A stretch of 64,000 nucleotides of DNA from Pirellula sp. (GTDB lineage: Bacteria; Planctomycetota; Planctomycetia; Pirellulales; Pirellulaceae). Positions 57,232 through 64,000 of the stretch are shown here, one piece after another. The notes beneath the pieces were generated by a model, which was given only the letters and a program-made list of their open reading frames with translations, ran no database searches and was not told the origin of the DNA. The position numbers were made by a program, and so were the translations under genes. The stretch spans positions 5,318 to 69,317 of the forward strand of contig JANMGH010000130.1 of the NCBI GenBank assembly GCA_031374515.1, in the 5' to 3' direction. Each line of letters starts with the position of its first letter. Position 1 is the stretch's first letter.

Positions 57232-59838
57232 GTGATAACTGCTTTGAAGAAGAAAAAATGGATTGGGAAAATACTTGCTTGTTGCTCGATGTTTCCTTTT
57301 GCCACTGCAAACAATGGTAGTGTTCAAGCTCAAGAGAAATCAGCGAACGAACTTGCTCGCGCCGCCGAATCGCGATTCCCAGGACCAACTGCCAACGGCT
57401 ACTTGCTCCCCAATGGTTGGCATATTACCCCTGCCGGTCGACAGATTGAAACCACCGACTTGCTCCTCAACATTCTTCCGCTCAAAGATTCAAAACACGC
57501 AGTCATCGCGACCAGCGGCTTCAACGAACACAACGTCGCATTGGTCAATCTAGAAACAGGTTCTTTCGTCGCCAAGGAGTCGGCGTACCAAAGTTGGTTT
57601 GGACTAGCGCTCTCTGCCGACGAAAAGAAGCTGCATTGGTCCGGTGGCGGCGCTGGCCGTTTGCACGCGTTTGACATGGCGGACGGTAAATTGACTCGCA
57701 CCAGCGAAAAGGAGCCTGATGTTAAATCGATGAAACGCGAGGAGTTGATGGCCATGAGAGCACAACTCGTCAAAGACAAATCGTTTCGCAGTGGGCTCTG
57801 CCTCAACGAAAAACGCCAATGTATTTATTCGCTCAAGATCAACGCTGGCAAACTGGCCGTGATTCCTTTTGGCTCGGACGAGGCGAAAGAAATCGAACTA
57901 GGCGGACGTCCCTACGATGTTCAATTGAGCCCACGAAACGGCTTGCTTTACGTTTCGGATTGGTCCGAGCGCCGTCTCACTGTCATTGATCCTGTTGCAT
58001 TGCGAGTCGTTGCGAGAATTCCAGTCGGCGAACATCCTAACCAAATCGTGTTCCACCCAACCGATGATCGACTCTTTGTAGCGTGCTCCTCGGCCAATGG
58101 CGTTTGGGTTGTTGACACCAAGCGAGGAATTGTCACCGAAACTATTTTTACCGCACTCTTTCCTCGCTCTCCCGAGGGCAGTTCTCCAGATGCCTTAGCG
58201 CTATCGCCCGATGGTGAAAAATTGTTCGTCGCTAACTCGGACAACAACTGTATAGCAGTGATCGAAGTCGAACATCCTAACAAGAGTACGGTCAAAGGAT
58301 TTATCCCAACCGGTTGGTATCCCACCGCGGTCGCAGTGACTCCCGATGGCAAGAATCTGCTAGTCGGAGTTGGCAAAGGAAACCAATCCAAGGCCAATCC
58401 GATTCCCAAAGTGGAGGTCCCTGACAGCAAGTTGACAGAAACAGAGCAAGCCGTCAAGAAAATTCAGCCGTTCCCTTACATCGGGACCAACATGACCGGT
58501 GCACTATCGATAGTCCCAATTCCGCATGCCGACGCCTTGAAAGAGTATACGCAGCAGGTTTACCGCAACTGCCCCTATTCGGATGATTTGCTAACAGCTG
58601 TGCCCAACACAGAACCGACTGCAATTCCATCGAAGGTCGGTGATCCGAGCCCGATCAAATACGTGATCTACGTGATCAAAGAAAATCGAACGTACGATCA
58701 GGTGTTCGGCGATTTGGCCACTGGCGACAAGCCAAAAGGAAATGGCGATCCAAGTCTGTGCATGTTCCCCCGCAACGTTACACCCAATCATCACAAACTC
58801 GCGGAGCAATTTGTGCTTTTGGACAATATGTACTGCAATGGCCAAGTGAGCCGTGATGGTCACCCATGGAGCACGATGGCGTACAACACCGATTACATCT
58901 CTCGAGATTGGCACTTGACCTATTCGCAGCGACTGGGGGTCGATGACGACGACGAAGGGGATTTGTCGAATGCGCCATCTGGTTATTTGTGGGATGCTTG
59001 CATGAGAGCTGGCGTCAGCTATCGGAATTACAAAGAATACGGTAGCCGCGTGTCGGATGACACAGGCAATACCAAAATGGAGGGCAAGGTTCCTGGGCTC
59101 ATTGGTCACATGTGTCCCAACTTTGGTATCGGCAAAGGACGCGAACGAGATATGGACCTCATCGAAGTCATGCTTGCCGAATACAAGCAGTTTGTTGAAA
59201 ACAAAAACATGCCCAAGTTCATCATGATGAGTCTTGGTGAGGATCACACGGACGGCACAAGACCTGGCTCGTTTACTCCACAAGCGTGCGTCGGCAGCAA
59301 TGATGTTGCACTGGGAAAGCTGGTGGACGCAGTTAGCCACGGACCACTTTGGGCCGAAACAGCGATTTTTGTTATCGAAGACGACGCTCAAAACGGTCCC
59401 GATCATATCGATGCGCACCGGACTGTCAGCTTGGTAATCAGCCCGTACACGAAACGATCCTTCGTTGACAGCACCCAGTACAGCACAGTCAGCATGATTC
59501 GAACGATGGAGCTTATACTTGGACTTGAGCCCTTGTCTCAATACGATGCTGCCGCCCGTCCAATGTTTAACAGCTTCACCAACAATGCCGATCTGACCCC
59601 TTACACGCTCGAGAGGGCGCAAATCAATCTGGAGGCAAAGAACGACGCGTTAGCCTATGGAGCTAGCCGTTCGATGCTGATGGACTTTACCGAGTACGAT
59701 CGCATCGATGACTTCGAATTGAACGAAATACTCTGGCACTCCATTATGGGGGAGGATGCACCGTTGCCACCTGCTGTTCGCCGGGCAATTGCGTTCCGCT
59801 CGTCGGTGCAAAGAAATAGCAACTCGCTGACACCGTAA
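57232..59838 (+). CDS. beta-propeller + phosphoesterase fusion, paralogue 2
   Basis: Collinear with 48387..50954. By eye it is roughly 55-60% identical in the propeller and about 80% in the phosphoesterase half (IKYVIYVIKENRTYDQVFGDL, EDDAQNGPDHIDAHR). GTG start with a Lys-rich signal peptide. Confidence 0.9.
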   Translation: MITALKKKKWIGKILACCSMFPFATANNGSVQAQEKSANELARAAESRFPGPTANGYLLPNGWHITPAGRQIETTDLLLNILPLKDSKHAVIATSGFNEHNVALVNLETGSFVAKESAYQSWFGLALSADEKKLHWSGGGAGRLHAFDMADGKLTRTSEKEPDVKSMKREELMAMRAQLVKDKSFRSGLCLNEKRQCIYSLKINAGKLAVIPFGSDEAKEIELGGRPYDVQLSPRNGLLYVSDWSERRLTVIDPVALRVVARIPVGEHPNQIVFHPTDDRLFVACSSANGVWVVDTKRGIVTETIFTALFPRSPEGSSPDALALSPDGEKLFVANSDNNCIAVIEVEHPNKSTVKGFIPTGWYPTAVAVTPDGKNLLVGVGKGNQSKANPIPKVEVPDSKLTETEQAVKKIQPFPYIGTNMTGALSIVPIPHADALKEYTQQVYRNCPYSDDLLTAVPNTEPTAIPSKVGDPSPIKYVIYVIKENRTYDQVFGDLATGDKPKGNGDPSLCMFPRNVTPNHHKLAEQFVLLDNMYCNGQVSRDGHPWSTMAYNTDYISRDWHLTYSQRLGVDDDDEGDLSNAPSGYLWDACMRAGVSYRNYKEYGSRVSDDTGNTKMEGKVPGLIGHMCPNFGIGKGRERDMDLIEVMLAEYKQFVENKNMPKFIMMSLGEDHTDGTRPGSFTPQACVGSNDVALGKLVDAVSHGPLWAETAIFVIEDDAQNGPDHIDAHRTVSLVISPYTKRSFVDSTQYSTVSMIRTMELILGLEPLSQYDAAARPMFNSFTNNADLTPYTLERAQINLEAKNDALAYGASRSMLMDFTEYDRIDDFELNEILWHSIMGEDAPLPPAVRRAIAFRSSVQRNSNSLTP

Positions 59839-59842
59839 TGTT

Positions 59843-60172
59843 TTGCGGCATGTAGATTTGACCGTTCATACTTCGGCACAATGCACTGCGCCGAAAACTG
59901 GCGACTATTTCGCCATCAAAGTCGTTTATCAAGACTCTCCAGCGGACGGACCCATCTCGGTCGGTGATGTTCTACTTGGTGCGGTTGGCAAACTGCTTTT
60001 TCGCGACCGAAAGACGCGGGTCGGCAAGCGTTTTGCAAGACAATCGTGTTCCCATTTCACATCATCACAAGAGAATCACGCTAGCAGTCCACGATGGCGC
60101 CATTCCAATCCGACGGGGCGAAATAGTTCTAATAGTGGCGAATCGCTTGCGTTTCGGCTTTTTCGACCGTAG
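59843..60172 (+). pseudogene. possible PDZ-like gene remnant
   Basis: TGDYFAIKVVYQDSPADGPISVGDVLLGAVGKLLFRD resembles a PDZ GD(V/I)(L/I)xxxxG segment. The rest of the ORF is low-complexity and a second frame carries ITLAVHDGAIPIRRGEIVLIV. This is a weak call. Confidence 0.25.
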
Positions 60173-60181
60173 AATTTGAAT

Positions 60182-60199
60182 TCGTGCGTATACACACGA
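60182..60199 (+). promoter_or_regulatory. 18-bp near-perfect palindrome, candidate MarR operator
   Basis: TCGTGCGTATACACACGA has one mismatched pair and ends 28 nt upstream of the marR-like ATG. It is flanked by direct repeats TTTCGACCG(T/C)AG at 60162 and 60204. Confidence 0.45.
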
Positions 60200-60226
60200 C
60201 TTCCTTTCGACCGCAGTTGGACATTG

Positions 60227-60700
60227 ATGGACGCCAAAAGCGAACTTCCACTAGCTTTGCGAGCTGCATACATGGCAATGCACCGCCGGACGGATGCGCA
60301 ATTTGCGTCCTACGGCATTACTGCAGATCAGTTCGTCCTACTTGCGACACTTTCGCGAGGAAATGCCCTTACACAGCGGGAGCTTGCGCGACGCATGCCT
60401 TCGGACCCCAGTACAGTGCGAGCAATGCTGGTGCTTCTCGAAAAACATGGTTTGGTCAAGCGAGATGTCCATCCAAACGACTCGCGAGCTCGTACAGTAA
60501 CTCTCACTACAACGGGCAAGCGAAAGTTTCGACAGCTATGGACCGCTGGCGAAACCATCCGAAAAAAGATGTTCGAGGCGATTCAGCCCGATAATGCTGC
60601 TCTATTGATCGGACTCCTTACGCAGCTTGCAGAATCATTGAACGGGGAAAGTTTGTCCGGCTCCAGCCTATCTCCAACGAATAAAGTTCAGTCAGCCTAA
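60227..60700 (+). CDS. MarR-family transcriptional regulator
   Basis: ITADQFVLLATLSRGNALTQRELARRMPSDPSTVRAMLVLLEKHGLVKR winged-helix region. ATG at 60227. Confidence 0.85.
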   Translation: MDAKSELPLALRAAYMAMHRRTDAQFASYGITADQFVLLATLSRGNALTQRELARRMPSDPSTVRAMLVLLEKHGLVKRDVHPNDSRARTVTLTTTGKRKFRQLWTAGETIRKKMFEAIQPDNAALLIGLLTQLAESLNGESLSGSSLSPTNKVQSA

Positions 60701-60753
60701 CGTTATGCTCCAACTAAACCACTAACCAATTAATCATCACAGGGATTCCAATC

Positions 60754-63700
60754 GTGGCAAACACTTCTCGCATATCCTCAACGTTGAACGTATTAGCCAC
60801 GGTAGTAGCTCTTATTGCTGCTGGATCGCCTGCCTTTTCGCAAGAGTTAAAAGTCCTAATGCTAGGTGACGCAGGTTTTCATAAACCATCTGGCTTCTTT
60901 CGGACGATCGAAGAACCGCTGAAGAAGAGCGGGATCGACCTCAAGTACACGGAAAATCTGAGCGACATTTCTGGCGACAGGCTGAAGGGCTTTGCTGGTC
61001 TGTTGGTCTTTGCAAACATCGAACGGATTACGCCAGAGGCAGAAAAATCGTTGCTTGAGTATGTCGAGAACGGTGGTGGGCTGATTCCGGTCCACTGCGC
61101 GTCGTTCTGTTTCCTGAACTCCGAGAAGTACGTTGCATTAGTTGGCGGTCAATTCAAACGTCACGGCTTTACTAAGTTCGAAACCAAAATCGTTGCGGCA
61201 GATCACGAGATCATGAAGGGGCTCAAACCGATTTTTTCAGAAGATGAGAGCTACATGCATTCTCGACACAACACAGATCGCATCGTTCTGGAGACTCGCA
61301 GCGATGCATCTGGGCCAGTCAGCGACCCAAACGGCGAGCCTTACACGTGGATCCGCGAAAGTGGCAAGGGTCGCGTCTTCTATACTGCATGGGGACACGA
61401 TACGAGAACCTGGAGCAACGTAGATTTTCAGCAGTTGTTGTCGCGAGGAATTCGTTGGGCCTGCCATGCTCCGCTGGTATCCGCTGTGTCGGCTCCATCA
61501 GATAAAACTGCGGAAAAGAGTTCGGAAACTAACTCGAAGGCATTGGCCGTTGCGCAAGCGAATCGATCGTTCAGCATCCCTGAAATGATGAAGCCTTCCA
61601 TCGACGAAAAATTATTCACGTTTGTCGATGTGGGAGCAAAGATTCCTAACTACACGCCCGGGAGGCAGTGGGGTACGCAAGCCGCTCCGCTGACCGAGAT
61701 GCAGAATCCATTGCCTGCAGAAACCTCGATCAGGGGCTATTCGGTTCCCCAGAGTTTCCGCATGGCACTGTGGGCGAAAGAATCGAATGAAAACTGGCCC
61801 AAAGAATTCCAAAGCGATGACGCAAGTGCGGGCCTTAAGGGTAAGCCGATTGCGATGAACTGGGACGAACGTGGTCGACTTTGGATCTGTGAAACGATCG
61901 ACTACCCAAACGAATTGCAGCCCGTCGGCCAAGGTCGAGATCGAATTAAAATTTGTGAAGACACCGACAACGATGGTCGTGCAGACAAGTTTACCGTGTT
62001 TGCCGAGCACTTGAGTATTCCGTCGACATTGGTGTGCTATCGCGGAGGGGCGATTGTTCAGGACGGTCAATCCACGATCTACCTGAAAGACACCGATGGC
62101 GATGACGCCGCTGATTTCAGGCAAGTCTTGATCACGGGCTGGGCGTTGGGCGATACACACGGCGGAGTAAGCAATTTTCAATATGGACCAGACAACTGGA
62201 TCTGGGGAATGCAAGGCTACAACAATTCGACACCCATGATCAATGGCGAGAAGAAAATGAGCTTCCGCCAAGGATTCTGGCGTTTCAAAGTAAACGTCGG
62301 CGCTGCAGACAACACGGCTCCGGCCTTTGCGATCAGTAAGTCGACGAGGGAAGCGGCCCAGGATGCAACCGATGCATTCAACAAACACACCATCCGAGTT
62401 TCTGCGCTGGAGTTCATGCGGGCGACGAACAACAACACGTGGGGACTCGGCTTCAGCGAAGAAGGGTACGTTTTCGGATCGACCGCCAACGGCTGCCCCA
62501 GCGTGCATATGCCGATCCCCAATCGTTTCTACGATAACGTAGCCGGTTGGTCACCCAAGACGTTGGAGAAGATCTCGCCAACCAACAATTTCCGACCCGC
62601 CGACGATCGCATCCGCCAAGTGGACTATCATGGCGGTTACACTGCCGCTGCGGGTTCGGCGATCTACACCGCTCGCAATTATCCGCAAGCTTGGTGGAAT
62701 AGGATTCAGATGGTCTGCGAACCAACAGGTCACCTTGTCGGTAGTTTTGTACTTCAAAAAGAGGGTGCCGGATACAAGAGCAACAACACATTCAATACCG
62801 TTGCCAGCGTCGACGACTGGGCCGCTCCGATCATGTCCGAAGTTGGGCCGGATGGAAACGTTTGGGTACTCGATTGGTACAACTACATCATTCAACACAA
62901 TCCAACTCCGAACGGATTTAAGACTGGGAAAGGAGCAGCCTACGAGAGCGATCTTCGGGACAAGCGATTCGCTCGTATCTATCGGCTGACGTACCAAACC
63001 AGCGAGGGGGACAAGGTATCTTCTAGGTCCCGCGACTTATCTAAAGCCAGTTCTGGCGATCTGGTGGACGCCCTCAAGGACAATAATTTCTTTTGGCGTC
63101 GAACCGCACAGCGACTCCTGGTCGAAAAGAGGGCAAGCGATGCGGAAACTCTAGCTGCACTCGTGGCGCTTGTTGGCAATCAGGAGATGGACGCAATTGG
63201 CCTGACAACATCGGCGATGCACGCGATTTGGACGTTGGCGGGCCTTGCCGAAGTAGGGGACGATACAACTCGGAAAGCCTTAAACGACGCATGCTTGAAA
63301 GGGTTCCAGCACCCGTCCAGTCCAGTTCGGCATGCGGCCATCACCTGTTGCAATTCGTCGCTATTGAAACAAGCACTCGACATGAATTTACAACAGGATG
63401 CGGACCCGAAAGTGCAACTCGCGGTACTACTTCGCATAGCAGAAGACAAGGGAAATGGGACGGTATCGGGTGAGCTTTTGTCCAGTCTCATGTTGGGCGG
63501 GCGATCCCTCTCCGACGATGATATCCTGCTCGATGCGTGGACGTCCGCAGCTTCGACGAATCCAATAGCGACGCTTTTGGCTCTCGTGAATAACAAAGAT
63601 ACGTCGGCCAGCGCGAAAGTCTCCGCAAGCGTTTCCATCTTGACTGAACACATCGCCCGTTCGAATCCGTCAGCCGAGAAAGTTACACAACTGCTGGACT

Positions 63701-64000
63701 TAGATCCGAACTCAAAACTGACCGTTGCTGCATGGGAAGGTCTAGCGCGTGGTTGGCCAAAGAATTTAGTGATCGCGCTTTCGGACCAGGCGCAGAAAAG
63801 ATTCCGCGATCGCTTTCTTACCGATTCAACAAGCATTGATTGCAAAGCTGCTGTCCTTTCTGTTGCCGATAAGTGGTCGATTCGCGATCTTGACCAAAGT
63901 GTTGCTTCAATTCAAAGTAGCTTATTTGGCATCTCGCTCGACAGTTCTGCGAATGACCAACGGCGCCTGAGCGCATGGGAGCAGGCTATCCGGTTATCGC
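60754..64000 (+). CDS. ThuA-like domain + membrane-bound-dehydrogenase domain + HEAT-repeat protein (3' end beyond the window)
   Basis: Absent from the ORF track because it has no stop. I translated the frame from the GTG at 60754 and it stays open to 64000. Signal peptide. ThuA-like LIPVHCAS...GGQFKRHG...FYTAWGHD. Then GKPIAMNWDERGRLWICETIDYPNE, ICEDTDNDGRADKF and VLDWYNYIIQHNP. HEAT-like tail. Confidence 0.85.
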   Translation, partial: MANTSRISSTLNVLATVVALIAAGSPAFSQELKVLMLGDAGFHKPSGFFRTIEEPLKKSGIDLKYTENLSDISGDRLKGFAGLLVFANIERITPEAEKSLLEYVENGGGLIPVHCASFCFLNSEKYVALVGGQFKRHGFTKFETKIVAADHEIMKGLKPIFSEDESYMHSRHNTDRIVLETRSDASGPVSDPNGEPYTWIRESGKGRVFYTAWGHDTRTWSNVDFQQLLSRGIRWACHAPLVSAVSAPSDKTAEKSSETNSKALAVAQANRSFSIPEMMKPSIDEKLFTFVDVGAKIPNYTPGRQWGTQAAPLTEMQNPLPAETSIRGYSVPQSFRMALWAKESNENWPKEFQSDDASAGLKGKPIAMNWDERGRLWICETIDYPNELQPVGQGRDRIKICEDTDNDGRADKFTVFAEHLSIPSTLVCYRGGAIVQDGQSTIYLKDTDGDDAADFRQVLITGWALGDTHGGVSNFQYGPDNWIWGMQGYNNSTPMINGEKKMSFRQGFWRFKVNVGAADNTAPAFAISKSTREAAQDATDAFNKHTIRVSALEFMRATNNNTWGLGFSEEGYVFGSTANGCPSVHMPIPNRFYDNVAGWSPKTLEKISPTNNFRPADDRIRQVDYHGGYTAAAGSAIYTARNYPQAWWNRIQMVCEPTGHLVGSFVLQKEGAGYKSNNTFNTVASVDDWAAPIMSEVGPDGNVWVLDWYNYIIQHNPTPNGFKTGKGAAYESDLRDKRFARIYRLTYQTSEGDKVSSRSRDLSKASSGDLVDALKDNNFFWRRTAQRLLVEKRASDAETLAALVALVGNQEMDAIGLTTSAMHAIWTLAGLAEVGDDTTRKALNDACLKGFQHPSSPVRHAAITCCNSSLLKQALDMNLQQDADPKVQLAVLLRIAEDKGNGTVSGELLSSLMLGGRSLSDDDILLDAWTSAASTNPIATLLALVNNKDTSASAKVSASVSILTEHIARSNPSAEKVTQLLDLDPNSKLTVAAWEGLARGWPKNLVIALSDQAQKRFRDRFLTDSTSIDCKAAVLSVADKWSIRDLDQSVASIQSSLFGISLDSSANDQRRLSAWEQAIRLS

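Noticed and set aside
61612-62508. Long antisense ORFs inside large genes (for example 61612..62508, 58591..59622, 49128..49910, 41215..41787, 17286..17744, 4289..4771)
   Set aside because: Each lies wholly within a strongly supported CDS on the other strand. Their translations are low-complexity (Arg/Ser/Gly/Val-rich) with no recognisable motifs. They are shadow ORFs.

Overview
This 64-kb chromosomal window looks planctomycetal (Pirellulales-like). The markers are three full sulfatase genes plus one fragment, three prepilin-type DUF1559 (H-X9-DG) genes, a DUF1800/DUF1501 pair, a 1812-aa BlaR1-like M56 protein and a ThuA/membrane-bound-dehydrogenase fusion. I support about 45 CDS, one tRNA-Leu(UAA) and several gene remnants. 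I saw no rRNA, CRISPR array or prophage. Recognisable blocks: (1) a HEAT/TM/DUF900-hydrolase giant, a P1B-4 metal ATPase, dinB and aguB; (2) a sulfatase, a B12-radical-SAM gene and a secreted protein; (3) amidohydrolase, RraA-like and MlrC-like genes; (4) sulfatases flanking a DUF1559-lipoprotein-AraC operon; (5) an ABC-2 exporter; (6) a Bacteroides-type sialic-acid set (nanA, GlcNAc 2-epimerase, sialidase); (7) blaI, a giant blaR1-like gene, then DUF1800-DUF1501; (8) a RayT-like HUH-Y1 transposase; (9) a phosphorus-scavenging-looking region with two paralogous beta-propeller/phosphoesterase fusions, an NPP-family enzyme and a decayed PhoH2. The most unusual signals are non-coding. At least three families of hairpins begin with GTAG, and two of them are arranged as inverted doublets (REP/REPIN-like) in the same window as the RayT-like gene. 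A perfect 33-bp x5 tandem array of palindromes sits inside the DUF1800-DUF1501 intergenic spacer. Paired operators overlap a sigma70-like promoter upstream of blaI. All family assignments rest on motifs recognised by eye, because no database or folding computation was run.
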